A DNA stretch of 64,000 bases from Eledone cirrhosa (Eukaryota), in the NCBI GenBank assembly GCA_964016885.1, contig OZ024755.1, forward strand, positions 20,274,001-20,338,000, written 5' to 3'. Position 1 is the first letter of the stretch. Every line of letters starts with the position of its first letter. The notes beneath the pieces were generated by a model. It did not search any database. It was not told where the DNA came from and saw nothing but the letters and a program-made list of their open reading frames with translations. Both the position numbers and the translations under genes were made by a program. This document shows positions 40,321 through 53,865 of this stretch, piece after piece.

Positions 40321-43162
40321 ATAATAGCAGTATATCACATTTGACAAGTAATCTAATTCGTATGACACTAGTTCCTTATACACAGTCAACAACATATTTA
40401 CCGTAGCGACCGAAATATTTTCCATGGCTAACAAAATATGTGATGTAAACGAGGTTCTGAAGAGGTTCTAAAACTGCAGACCTGCTCTCAATATTTCTAA
40501 TAAATGAGCCTCACTGATATTCAATAGAAGACAAGAAGAGTAAGCAGAGGAGGAGGAGTTATGTGGAAAGCAGGAATGGATTAGAATATCTAATGTGGAA
40601 CTAATCAGTTATTTCCTGATTTAAATCTCCGTCACCTTCCCTTTTATCTTTTTTCTCTCCGCCAGCATGTAAGTTGCGGCAGAAAATATAGACCCACAAA
40701 GAATGTCTCTTAAATAAGTTTATAAAATTCTTTGCGGGAAGTTTAGTGAAATATAGTGGAGGTGAGCCAGATAATTCGAATATTGTATTTAACCAAAATA
40801 TACTCCAAAGTCATGAAGTGGTGCTGAACCTAAAGGTAATAAAACGGTTGCAAATAACCATCACCTTTTCAGAAACTACGCAGCTTGAAACATTTTTGTT
40901 AATCTGTGGGAAACAAGTACGGCATACTAACTAAATATTTCGTGATTTTTGTGAAGCTTAACTTGGCTCCGGTGTCGAGATTTCTTTTCATAACTGATCT
41001 CATGGGTTGTTAGTTATAGGTATGTGATCGTTATAGCATATTTGAAATGGAATTATCATTTTTCATCAAAAAGTCTCTACTCATTCTGGGATTACTATGT
41101 TCTCTGAAATGTATCAAAAATTCTAAATATTCTAACATTATACAATTTCCTCTCTCTCTCTCTCTTATTAATAATGCATTGTTAGCAATATCTAGTTACA
41201 AGTACTTTACATTTTACATTAACCTCTATGCAAGTATTTTCAACTCTGGCTTTTTTCCATCTTAGAAGTGTCTTCATTAAGTAGCCCCCATTCACTCATT
41301 CTTTGAAATAACACACATGAAACAGCTTTTATCTTATAAATTATTTCTAAACACTCCAAAATGTAAAGGATTTTCATTAGCGACATTTAGATTCAAAGAC
41401 TATTTATTTTTTTAGCTTATTAATGTTCATTTTGAATGTGTGTTTAGTCAACGTCATCAAATTGCATATTAATAATTGCATAAAGTTTGTTTTAAAAAAT
41501 TTTCCTTTCAGAAGAAATTTTAAATAGTGATCACTCTTTCGAAATATTTTATTATAAGTTCTGTTAATAGAATTGATCCAGAAACTAATGAAAAGTCACC
41601 TATTCTAAATACTTCTCTTGCTTTTCGATTTCATACTTTAAAATCTCGAATGAATATAAAAGAGATTAGTTTTACTGTGTTTCTAAACATTTGTCGTTCG
41701 TTTTAATGTTCTATGATCAATGCCACATGCAATGTTAGATATGCAGGGTGAAAGCTCGAAAATTCATTTTGTTTAGTGTAACAGCTAAATTTAAATAGAC
41801 TGGTGATCAAATGTTTATGCGTGCAATGCCTGTGCGTGAAGATATTTTTTAAAGTGAAAACTGTGCACTGAGCCAATCCCACTCTCTGAGCGACAGTAGC
41901 TATAACCCGAAAAGAAGAAAAGATCAACATCATCGGTAACTACTGAGCCGCAGGTTTTATATCGGAGTTATCCCAGTTTCCTGAGTTGCCTTCTCCTAGA
42001 AAAATGCTCTGACAAAGGCGAGGGGTCCTTTACTCCCAGCTGTTTAACCGGGCGGTACATGTCTATATACATATTTACACAATTTCGGATGGCCGTTGAC
42101 TGTGTTCTTCCGCCCTTTGTATATACATACATACACACACACTCATATACACATATGTGAGCGTGTGTGTGTGTGTGTGTGTATTTAATAACGTACATAC
42201 ATATATAAGATTATGCATCCTAACTTGACAATCACCGCACAATGGAAACATCAGGAATTAACTTCTATACTCACTTAAATCCATATAATACACCACTTAA
42301 TATCGTCCTTTGGAAATATTGTGCATGCACACAATTTATATAAACAAATAAACTAAAGACAATTTAATATTTAGAAACTGCGTATACATTAAAAGTAACA
42401 AAAGGTAAAGATGGAAAGTGCTGAGGGTATAGTAAGGATCTTTATTAGAAAAATTAATATTAAAATTGAAAATCTCAAGCACTATTATACATGATAAATA
42501 AATTAAGTGCTTTTGTATCCATCTTCAGTGCAGGAACCGTGGAGTATTTATGACCGTGTCATGCTTCGCACTTAGATCCTTTGATGTCATTATTAAAATT
42601 GATTCTATTTCTAAAATGGATATCCATATATGAATAACAAATTGTGTTAAAGGTTAATATGCAAATAGTTTTAGTATCTCATTTTATCCTTTACATTATG
42701 GCGGCGATGATAGAAAAGAACGGTAAATATTTTACCTACCTCCTCCTCTTCTGATTTCAAACTCCATCGATAATAGCTTTGTTAATCATTTCAATGATAT
42801 TCATAAATATAAAAACTAAAACCTCGTTTCTGTATTACGTATTATTGGTTCATGAGACAATGCCCTATATTGTAAGGTAAATGGTGTATTCCTTAATTAA
42901 ATAAAGGTTACCTCTACCAAAAAAGAGATTATTTCAAATATACATGTTTAAACACGTATCCTTACATCTTGGCCAAGCTCTCAAACTATGGCATTTCGTG
43001 TAAGAAATGATTTCAGTTTATATATAGATCTGAATAGAAGGTAAATTTAAAATGTAATTAACTTGTTAGAGGATCAATATACTCTATTTATCGACCTATT
43101 TACAACACAAGTCCGTTCTTTGTTGAAAAACGAAACCGTTGTTACGTTTTTCTTTGTGAATG

Positions 43163-43610
43163 ATTTTGATGTACTGTATGGCCTTGTATGTGGCTGGTTC
43201 TGTAATATTTTGATGTACTGTATGGCCTTGTATGTGGTTGGTTCTGTAATATTTTGATGTACTGTATGGCCTTGTATGTGGCTGGTTCTGTAATATTTTG
43301 ATGTACTGTATGGCCTTGTATGTGGTTGGTTCTGTAATATTTTGATGTACTGTATGGCCTTGTATGTGGCTGGTTCTGTAATATTTTGATGTACTGTATG
43401 GCCTTGTATGTGGTTGGTTCTGTAATATTTTGATGTACTGTATGGCCTTGTATGTGGTTGGTTCTGTAATATTTTGATCTGCTGTATGGCCTTGTATGTG
43501 GTTGGTTTTATAGTATTTTGATGTGCTGTATAGCTTTTATATCATGGTTTATGTAGTATTTCGATCTGGCGTATGGTCATTGGCGTGTTGGTTTGTGTGA
43601 TATTTTAAGT
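43163..43610. repeat. 42-bp minisatellite, about 10 copies, decaying to the right
   Basis: Unit ATTTTGATGTACTGTATGGCCTTGTATGTGG(C/T)TGGTTCTGTAAT. Confidence 0.95.
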
Positions 43611-44005
43611 TTTGTATATTTAGACATCAAGAAATGATACTAAAATCTCACTCAAATCCCACCACGTTCTTAAACATGGCAAAGGACATTGAAGATATTG
43701 GCAAGTGTAGTCCTAAGGGTAAAAAGCGGAATTGTTAATGCTAAGTCGGTTAATGATGGTTGAGATAAACAACTGCAGAAGTTCGTTTTCTTTCTACAAA
43801 ACTATGAAACATAAATTTCAAAAAAAACAAAAACAATATTGAGATTCAGAGTTTTCAGTCGCCTCTACTAATTGATCTTCACGATATTAATAATAAAAAC
43901 GTCCCTACAGGATTTTGTATTTTAATAGTATAAGTTTTGTGATCACATTGTTGACTCATCTTAACTGAATTGCAACAGTGAGCCTTTTGTTATAACTTTC
44001 TTTAT

Positions 44006-44036
<31 letters not shown>

Positions 44037-44651
44037 TTCTTCTTTATGACAGATCAATCAATATTAGTGTGTCTTCAAATGGAAGAGCAGAATAGATTTT
44101 GTTTGTTGGATTCCACATTTCTAACGAGACTGAATTCTGAAATCTTTTCACGATATTATGAACACCATATAATTGTTCCTCTTCACTAATTTTATTATTA
44201 ATGAACATTCTGGTAATTTTAATATTCTATAAAAATAAATCACTATTTGAAGGAAAAGAAAATGTTACTTAACAGTCGCCCCTCTTGTTCTATTATGATG
44301 ATTCGTAAATATTCCTCTCAATCGATATTATGATTAACTTGTCAAACATCAGTAAATTATAACAAACTAGTATTTTTATTGATTCCATTTAAATAAGTAA
44401 TGTTCTCCTTCTGGTTTAAGACAAGTATCAAGAACTGCCGATAGATAATTGCCGAGCGCCGTCGAGTAATATCTGGAATCCTACGAAGTAATTATAGCAA
44501 TATTTTAATAAAATGTTGTAGTTTGCTTGAAGTACTGTGTCTAGTATATAATGTAGAAAGTAATATAAATTTAAGAAGTCTAAGACAATGCGAAATAGAC
44601 AATAAAATGAAGGCAACGAAAACAATTATCGTTTTTTTAATGTATTAATTT

Positions 44652-44968
44652 AATTGTTTCTACTTTTAGCACAAAGCCAGCAATTACCCAGGACATTGCT
44701 GGTACTTTATTTTATCGACCCCGTAAGGATGATGGGCAAAGTTAACCTTGGCGGCATTTGAACTAAGAATGGAAAGGGCCGTAACTCTATGCGTCAAAGC
44801 ATGGCGTCCGACCCTCTACCAATACTGCCAATCCACCGCCCTTGACAAGACAAAGTATAATTAATAACTTCAGATAATTGTTTCTACTTTAGGCACAAGG
44901 CCAGCAATTACCCAGTGCATTACTGGTACTTTATTTTATCGACCCCGTAAGGATGAAAGGCAAAGTTA
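44652..44968 (-). mobile_element. Two SINE family A copies (second 5'-truncated)
   Basis: The second copy is flanked by TTAATAACTTCAGATAAT. Confidence 0.88.
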
Positions 44969-45745
44969 ATAACTTCAGATAATGCCATATTTTTAGATTG
45001 ACCGACGAAACATTTGGCAAGAATTTCAATTAACTTTTCCAGCATTCTCTAATGTTCATCTCATCATTAAATTGGGAAACGCGGTGACGATGAAAGGCAG
45101 AAAAAATATTGAAATATAAGAAAAACTTAGGTTCAAATCCAAAAATTAATAGACTTTGCCGTTGCTACAAATTTCCAAAAATCTACATTAAATATAAGGC
45201 ACGTAAAATTCCTCTCATTATGTTAATATATCAAATAATAAACAAAGGAGGATTTGTGTAAAATGATGAAATGTTCACTTTGCCATTTATCTTTACGAGC
45301 TCAATAAAATAAAGCACCAGTAATGCACTGGGATGATTGCTAGCCTTGTGCCAAAAGTAGAAACAATTATTATGGTGATATAATGATGTAACCTTTCGAA
45401 ATGTCTGGGCTTTTTTTTTTCTCTTGTTTAATTTTTAAGTTATAGCTCGATTTGCATAAATAAAGCCAGTTTAAAATTGTACATAACAAAGTCTGTGTGC
45501 CTGGATGTATTTACTCACACACTACTACATGACTAAAATTGTCTCATTCGTTTGAAATCATCAGGGACGTCTATGTATGTATGTATGTATGTATGTATGT
45601 ATGTATGTATGTATGTATGTATGTATGTATGGATGTATGGATGGATGTATGGATGTATGGATGCATGGATGGATGTATGGATGGATGGATGGATGGATGG
45701 ATGGATGGATATGTGTGCGTGTGCGTGTGCGTGTGTCTGATATAT

Positions 45746-45827
<82 letters not shown>

Positions 45828-45847
45828 TTATTAAAATAACAGATTAA

Positions 45848-45898
45848 AGTTTAAGCAAAGAATCGCTGCTTTCACCCTTAACGGGATCTTCTGAAACT
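45848..45898 (-). ncRNA. CAGAAGA-core hammerhead-like motif, copy 1
   Basis: Minus strand: AGTTT-CAGAAGA-TCCC/GTTAA/GGGT-GAAA-GCAG CGATTCT TTGC-TT-AAACT. Confidence 0.6.
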
Positions 45899-46161
45899 AA
45901 AAAAGTCAATCTGTGAACGCAGAAGTAAATATTTCAAAATACATTGCAACTGAAGGAAGACAGGAAGACGATACTTTGGTTCGTGGAAACGTTCCCTGGC
46001 AAAGAACGGAAAAAAACGAAGATAATACGTCATTATTTGGTGCAGTGAAAACAATTACACGCAAAGACAAGACCTCGTTTATGGTATAAAGTATCGTCTT
46101 CCTGTCTTCTTCGGTTGCAACGTTTTTTGAAATATTTACTTCTGCGTTCAGATTGACTTTT

Positions 46162-46216
46162 TTAGTTTCAGAAGATCCCGTTAAGGGTGAAAGCAGCGAT
46201 TCTTTGCTTAAACTAA
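46162..46216 (+). ncRNA. CAGAAGA-core hammerhead-like motif, copy 2
   Basis: TTAGTTT-CAGAAGA-TCCC/GTTAA/GGGT-GAAA-GCAG CGATTCT TTGC-TT-AAACTAA (7-bp stem I). Confidence 0.62.
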
Positions 46217-46900
46217 TCTGTTATTTTAATATATATTTGATCTACAGTTCCTATATATCTGATATATATTTATCCTTATCGAGCCCTCTTTGGATTTAGT
46301 CTTCAAATTTAATATTATTACTATTATGTGTGTGTGTGTGCGTGTGCGTGTGCGTTGAACAAATTCCTCCTTGTGTAACACACAAGTAATCAGTAAAGAT
46401 TTTTGTACGTAACATATATTGAAAATAGATATAAATTCAATTCATTAATGCTAAGATAAAAAAAAGCACGAATCAATAAAACCATAATCTCATGGAAGAG
46501 AGTAGAAAAGATTATTATTTAATTATTTGAAAAACATGTATGTTTGTATATATATATATATATATATACACATATATATATATACATACACATATATACA
46601 TACATATATATGTGTGTGTGTGTGTGTGTATATATAACATAACAGTACGTGACATATTTCTATGACTTACTGTCTACAAATCAATGAAAGTGTTGTTTAA
46701 TTGTATATTTTGTGAAGCAAAACTCATTTTTTTCTGTGACAATAGTCAACTAGTCAATAATATTTTCTTCATATCACACATTTTTGCAAATATTCTAATA
46801 TATTTATAATAGATACTAATCAATATAGTTATCTGCTGAAATATGTAGACACATGCTTATACATAATGTATAAATATCTCTCTCTCTCTCTGGCTGTATG

Positions 46901-46989
<89 letters not shown>

Positions 46990-47018
46990 GGTAAACAGAA
47001 ATAACAACACAATCGGTA

Positions 47019-47052
47019 TTAACGTTTCGGACGCTAGTCCTTCATTAGACGA
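47019..47052 (-). ncRNA. Mutated minimal hammerhead (G5A)
   Basis: Minus strand: CTAATGA-A-GGAC/TAGC/GTCC-GAAA-CGT-TA. Stem I is poor. Confidence 0.5.
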
Positions 47053-47497
47053 AAGAATGAGGAATTAAAATATATTGAGGAGAAGGGCGGGTTGGAATTG
47101 GAAAAAATGTCTTTAGTCGTTGGATTTTCTAATTGGATTTTCACCCCGAAACTGGATACCAACCCGGAGTACACCTGAACTTCCACCAGGAAATCATTGA
47201 AATGTTCTTTGCTTCTTATATCTCTATATTTCTCTCTCTTGATTTTTTCTCTGTCTGGTGTTTTGATATATCTCTCTCCTATTTCTTTTTTCTTTTTTTT
47301 TTTCTCTTTTTCTTTATCTCTCCCTTTCTTTCTCAACTTTTCTCTCTCTCGGTTTTTCTCTCTCGCCGTCTTTTTCCTTCTCCGTCACACAATGACTTAC
47401 TAAGATAAACAAATCCAATATCCTGATGTCTTCCAAAAGTAACGGTTGCATTTTGAAAGGGTATGTTAAAATTTATTTATAAAACTGGTATATATTG

Positions 47498-47562
47498 TAT
47501 TTTGTCTGATGAAAGCAAACCATAATTTAACATGGTATCCTTGAAATATGTATAATAAAATA
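47498..47562 (+). ncRNA. Type I hammerhead ribozyme, AUA family copy 3
   Basis: TATTTTGT-CTGATGA-AAGCAAACCAT...ATGGTATCCTT-GAAA-TATGTA-TA-ATAAAATA. The module 47419-47605 matches 26735-26890. Confidence 0.7.
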
Positions 47563-47601
47563 GATACGGTTTTATAAATATAGTTTCCATTTGTTAATAT
47601 C

Positions 47602-47641
<40 letters not shown>

Positions 47642-47689
47642 ATAATTATGAAGACTAAAACCCGAAGAGGGTTCGATAAGGGGGATATG

Positions 47690-47741
47690 AGTTTCAGAAG
47701 ATCCTATAAAAGGGTGAAATCAGCGATTCTTTGCTTAAACT
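47690..47741 (+). ncRNA. CAGAAGA-core hammerhead-like motif, copy 3
   Basis: AGTTT-CAGAAGA-TCCT/ATAAA/AGGGT-GAAA-TCAGCGATTCTTTGC-TT-AAACT, preceded by an inverted copy of the family's 3' tail. Confidence 0.55.
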
Positions 47742-49005
47742 TTAATCTGTACAAAAATAATAAATAAATATATATACATACACACACACACCACACACAT
47801 ATACATATATATATAACTTCAAAATGTTTTCCGTCTTAAGACAGTGTCTATTTCAATTATTAAGAGGTATATATTTTTCCATTCACACACTGCAAACACG
47901 AGTCTATCAGAATGTTGTTTATCTAAATACTTATACATTTATTATGGTCTTCCAAATGATTTTTTGTAGATTAGGAACTATTTGTTTCTGTAATAATTTT
48001 ATCTTTATTCCTACACTATACTGTATTGATTTTCTATCTAAAATTCTCTAAAGGCATCGCTCTTTCATGTTGCATATTGATTCAATGCAAAATCATGGAA
48101 TATTTTCTTTCATTTAATGTAGAAGTCCAACAAATGCTACCTCTCCTCATTTCGTCCAACAAGGAAAATAAAATGTTTTCCACCCGTTCAGCCTTTTCTA
48201 TTTTTCTTCAATTATTGAAGACTTCGTCTTCGGCTTGTCGTTTGAGGAATCGATCGATAAACTCTGGGACACATCCCAATATTCTAACTAATAATTTATT
48301 TTGTAATATTCAGCACTATTCTGTCAACTCTATATTATTTTAAAACCTAAAACCTACATTACCATTTGAGAATCAGCGAAATTGAAACAACTTTGATTCA
48401 TTAGAGTCTGAATGTAGCAAATAATATATATTTATTCATAATCAAACCTATAAGAAAAAGTAATTACTGTTTTTATTAAACCCTGGTGTATTCATTAACT
48501 GACTTTCGAATATTTCTTTAGAACATAACTTGAATCATTTAGTAAGTGAATAGAAACTAAGTGATTCATTTCCACTATTACTATTTAGGTTCGATGTTTG
48601 GATAACCATGTACTTATTTGCTTACATTCATGCAACATCAACCCAAACATAGATCATTAACCACAAAAAGAAATAAGACGTCTAGATATTCTGTAAATCA
48701 TACCGCATTATGAAATATACCAACCATTTTATTGATTATCGATATATATTGACCTCAACTACCTTGGTTATAAACAGTTTGTACTCCTTACACTAAATAT
48801 TATTGTGTAATCTATGATAGTTTACTGTACGCCACAAATTCTCCACAGAAAGACGCATAACCATAAACCAATCCTGTTTCAATTCTTCTTAAAAGATTCG
48901 CACCATATATTAAAACTCAATTCTCCTTTTGATAATTTCACATTATAAAAACTTCATAAATTCAGACTCATAATTGTTTCTACTTTTGCCATTATTTATT
49001 TAGGA

Positions 49006-49350
49006 AGGCGATGAATTAGCAGAGTCGTTAAACCGGCGTATAGAATGCTTTGCGCTATTCGTTTAGGCTCTCTGACTTCAAAACCCGCCGATGTTAATTT
49101 TGCCTTTCATTCATTCGAGATCAATAAAAAAAAAAAAAAAAAGTACCAAAGTACTGGGTTCGAATCTTCCTCTATATCTCTTTCTCACTTCCTTTCTTTC
49201 ACTCTCTCTCTCTCTATCCTTCCCAGGAAGAAATCTGTAGTATTCAGACCTTGAGAGGGATGGACCCATCATGCTTTAAAAATGCCCTAGAAACGTTGTA
49301 TGTCAATATGGAGCCCCTACGACTCCCTCAAGAGTGACCGGATCAAGCCA
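49006..49350 (+). mobile_element. SINE family B, uninterrupted
   Basis: Degenerate tRNA head, shared GCCTTTCAT body and CT-rich tail. Collinear with 32058-32520 minus the inserted A copy. Confidence 0.75.
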
Positions 49351-50002
49351 TCCCATGCCAATTATTTAGGAAATAAACTAAAGGCGAATATTTCAACTTA
49401 TACCTTCTCTTCACAAATATTTATTTGAATATTTATTTGTTTTATTACTATTCTATGTTTAAGTATTCTTTGAAAAAACATATGCTTATTAATATATCAA
49501 AACACATAACACTGTGTAACATCGTCTCTTAAAAAAGCTATTTTCTCATCGATATTTACTTCTTTCGATAGTTTATACACAATCAATAAACTTTACAATT
49601 GGCATTTAAACAGATCTTAGTAACAAACACAGACAGAAAGTAATTTTTACAATATAACAGATCATAATATTAGTAATTCAAAAGAGCTTTTTTTTCTTGT
49701 GTTTATAGATTATTGTAATATATCAAAACTGTTAAGTTGCTCTCAGAACTTCTCAGTTTTTAATTGTTATGTTGAGGATCAGAACCAGACAAGTTGTTAA
49801 AGAGCCGGAATATTAGATGAAGAGTCAAGAGTTTGTATATTATAGACGGCGTTAAACTGAATTCATTTCTATTGAAATTAATCTTGTCTTAAACTGGTAA
49901 AATGAACGTTATACGTAGCAGAAAGACTATTTTTCAACGTATGTTGGAGTTTAGTAATAGAAATCATTGTTTCTTTTTGTCTAATCCAATGACTGGCTCC
50001 TA

Positions 50003-50205
50003 TTGGGCAGTATCAGTAGAGTGGCAGTATCAGTAGAGTGTCAGATACCATGCTTTGAAACATAGAGTTGTGGCCCTTTCCGTTCTGAGTTCAAATCTCG
50101 CCGAGGTTAACTTTGCCTTTCATCCTTACGGGGTCGATAAAATAAAGTACCAGTAATGCTCTGGGGGGTAATTGCTGGCCTTGAGCCAAAAGTAGAAACA
50201 ATTAT
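50003..50205 (+). mobile_element. SINE family A
   Basis: Consensus match with a duplicated head segment. Confidence 0.88.
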
Positions 50206-50904
50206 TTCCTTTTTATTTTATTTTCTATTGTGTCTGAAGGCTGGAATGTAAGTCAACTCAGCTGGAAACAAAGCTGAATTCTGAGCATAAGACTAATTAC
50301 TGTAATGAATTAACTCGGTTTATCTACTAGTACTGTGAATTTTGGAGGATGGGGGGGAGTAGGGAGAGGAGTGGAGGAGGGAGGAGGGAGTTGGTGAGGA
50401 AAGGGGTGAAAAGAGATGGTGGGGGTGATTTCAAATACTGTCGTAATAGACGTTACCCTTCTATGTGTTGGACTCATTTAAAGTTGATCTGAGTTAATGG
50501 GAGTCCATCCATTTAGTACGCTCTTTCCTTTAAACGTATTGATATTCTGCATGATTAATCAAAAGAAATCAATATTTTCAGCAGATTGTTATTTCATGAT
50601 ATTTTAGTTATTGGGTTGATTAAAATCTGTTACTGTTAAATACAGCCATTTGTTTGCTTTTTGCAAAGTCAAGTTCGAAATATTTATTGATGGGCTTCTG
50701 CATAAAAATTCCTTATTTATCCAAGGAAATTAGATATTAGTAATATTAGCACTGCCGCTTCACTGTTTGGGTATTTATGTTTGCTCATATTCCTGGCAAA
50801 CATTCTATTTATTCTATTTCTCGACCGTCGTTAATTTCAACGACACTTTCAGTTAAAGTAGGAGCCTCTATAAAGTAAGAGCTTCGCTTTATCTGCAAGA
50901 TATC

Positions 50905-51140
50905 CTAACTTAACACCTTAAAGATTGGCAGCCATATTGTATAATATATAGCTTTTCTATAGTATGTTATTGAACGCTAGATATCTTATTTTAACACCTT
51001 AAAGATTGGCAGCCATATTCTATAATATACAACTTTTCTATACTATGTTATTGAACGCTAGAATTCCTAACTTAACACCTTAAAGATTGGAGGCCATATT
51101 TGCATAATATATAATTTTTCTACACTGTTTTATTGAATGC
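50905..51140. repeat. About 82-bp tandem repeat, 3 copies
   Basis: TAACACCTTAAAGATTGG(C/A) starts at about 50911, 50992 and 51073. Confidence 0.9.
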
Positions 51141-52322
51141 CCATAGCTGTTCTTTGATAATACGACTACCCAATCAAAAGTAACCTAAGGCTAAACTGTA
51201 ATATCTTAGTCTCCCATGGTAATTAAAAATAGAATTTTTTTTTGCCATAATATGAAGAAGACTTTGCAACCGTTTCAAACAATTTGTTAATATTGATCTC
51301 TAGGGCATACAATATTAGGTTCCTTTCAAACTTTTCTCTGGATATTTTATAGTCTTTTAACATTTCCTTTATTAGTTTAGAATATGAAAATTGAAGTGGA
51401 TAATGTTCAATAAGTCGCGATAACATTTATTGAACAGCACAGTTGGTTTAGTCTCCTTATCTTTCCTTCAGACTATATTCACAATCCTTTTATTTTAGCT
51501 TTGATATTGAAAGCCAAACTTTCAACAAAACCGCATTTATGGTTTTACTCTGACCGACTCTTTAACTGTGTTATGAATTTATTCATTTTGGCAAAGAGAT
51601 AAACCAAATTAATTGTGGGTGGCATTAATTGCCATGGTCCTCAATGAATTCTTTCCATTAATATCTGGAAAACATAATTGATTTTCATCTTTAGAATTTA
51701 AATTCATATTTTACTGTCTAGTTATGAATAACTAGAACGTAATTTGAAATACCAGATAAGTGAGATTTGTTTCCAAGTAGTAAAATATGTAAATTATTTT
51801 GCATTCATCATATAATTTTACGGAATATCGTTCAAATAAAAAGAAACAATTTAAGTGAGAGCGGATGGAACATTATTCCAGCTAAACTGCAAAAATTAAG
51901 CATTTTAAATGCCAGAAATATTTATATTTCAGTAAAAATGCTCATATACTTTGTAAATAATTGTTTCTACTTTAGGCACAAGGCCAGCAATTATCCAGTG
52001 CATTACTGGTACTTTATTTATACTTTGTAAATAATGTTTTGTTTTTATTATCATTATCATCATTTTAGAAGAATCATATTCATTACACAGACTCTCGTTA
52101 TATTTGCTTGTTTCGTTCCAGATTATTCCTGAAGAAGCACACATATAATGAAAGGTATTAGATCGCCTCTTTTTAATGTGCAGCCTCCCATGTGAGCTGA
52201 CATATTTAAGATAATAGGATGCGAATAAAGGTAAAAATTGCTTCTATTTCTAACCTTTTTTATTATAACTTTGATTCCCCATCGTTAGCCCTGAACATAT
52301 TACATATAAGTATCGGATTCAT

Positions 52323-52361
<39 letters not shown>

Positions 52362-52737
52362 AAGAGCGGGAGAAAGAGGGGGAGAGACAGATATAAAGAG
52401 AGAGAATCAATATCTAATAACGTATAATTATAAAATCGATATGTAACAATGATTATACCACAAGGCAAGATATTTTTCCTGACGGGATTTAATGAATTAC
52501 AGTCATTCCGACTATTTGAACGGGACTCATTTTATCCTACCCACCCCCTCACGTAATAATAAACAGCCCGCTACACACACACACACACACACAGACAAAC
52601 TCATAAATCTAACACTTATAATTCCCCAGAGGTCACTTCTTAAAACCACGCACGTAAATTACCACCACTTCATCGCAAACAACCCCTGGTATCACTTCTA
52701 AACACCTAGCGACCAGTATTACAAACCTCAGTTAACA

Positions 52738-53385
52738 GAAAAAGAAAAAAAGAAAAAAAGAAAAAAGAAAAAAGAAAAAAAAAGAAAAAGAAAAAGAAAA
52801 AGAAAAAGAAGAAAAAGAAGGAGAGGAAGGAGAGGCGGAAGAAGAGGCGGAAGGAGAGGAAGAAGAGGCGGAAGAAGGGGAAGAAGAGGCGGAAGGAGAG
52901 GAAGAAGAGGCGGAAGAAGGGGAAGAAGAGGCGGAAGAAGGGGAAGAAGAGGCGGAAGAAGGGGAAGAAGAGGCGGAAGAAGAGGCGGAAGAAGGGGAAG
53001 AAGAGGCGGAAGAAGAGGCGGAAGAAGGGGAAGAAGAGGCGGAAGAAGAGGCGGAAGAAGGGTAAGAAGAGGCGGAAGAAGAGGAAGAAGGGGAAGAAGA
53101 GGCAGAAGGGGAAAAAGAGGCAGAAGGGGAAAAAGAGGCGGAAGAAGAGGAAGAAGGGGAAGAAGAGGCGGAAGAAGAGGCAGAAGAAGGGGAAGAAGAG
53201 GCGGAAGAAGAGGAAGAAGGGGAAGAAGAGGCGGAAGAAGAGGAAGAAGAGGAAGAAGAGGAAGAAGGGGCGGAAGGGGAAGAAGAAGTCAAAGAAGTGG
53301 AAGAAGAGGAAGAAAGGGAGAAAGGGAGAAAAGGGAGAAAAGGAAGTAGAGAAAGAGGAAGTAGAGAAAGAGGAAGTAGAGCCAG
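52738..53385. repeat. Purine-rich (GAAGAGGCG)-type repeat
   Basis: Direct reading. Confidence 0.95.
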
Positions 53386-53865
53386 AATCCTGAAGAAAGA
53401 GAAAGAAATTTCTCAAGTTACTTCACCACTCCAACCACCAGAATAGATACTTCCCTACATGTTCTGAACAAAACAAATATTGGAGCGTCTAATAAGCACG
53501 TCCCAAAAGGCATCATAAAAAATGTAAATAAGTTTTCATAACTTTCACGAAAAAAGAAAAGAATATCTAGAAACAGTGTCAGACAATTAGATAAGAAAAT
53601 ACCAAAGAATATAAAGAATAGCAGAATAACAGAGGCAGGGGAGTGGAATCAGCAATATTTCCATCTAATATAAATCATAAAACAAACAGTAAAGTAATTA
53701 GTAATTAGTATCAACAACAATAACAATGACCACACCTTATCCCATATCAAAATAGATCACTTCAAACAACATAGCCACTTCCTAAACTAAGCAAACGCTA
53801 GACAGTTATTCAGAAATCAGTCACTGAAAACTACACAAAGAAAAAATGAACACAAAACAAACATA

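Larger units (their letters stand above)
45826..46320. mobile_element. Non-coding fold-back element (inverted pseudo-LTR-like) with two variant hammerheads
   Basis: 45826-45976 is the reverse complement of about 46088-46232. The right arm extends to about 46320. Flanked by (CA)n/(TG)n. Further copies at 47641-47750, 56580-56680 and 59270-59445. Confidence 0.85.

Noticed and set aside
36285-43610. 30-bp (36285) and 42-bp (43163) arrays as CRISPR or repeat proteins
   Set aside because: Contiguous near-identical units with no unique spacers, no cas genes and a eukaryotic context. They are minisatellites.
52810-53390. Glu/Ala/Gly-rich plus-strand reading as an acidic protein exon
   Set aside because: Continuous with a non-triplet GAAAAA tract and has no start or clear splice context. 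Treated as a simple repeat.
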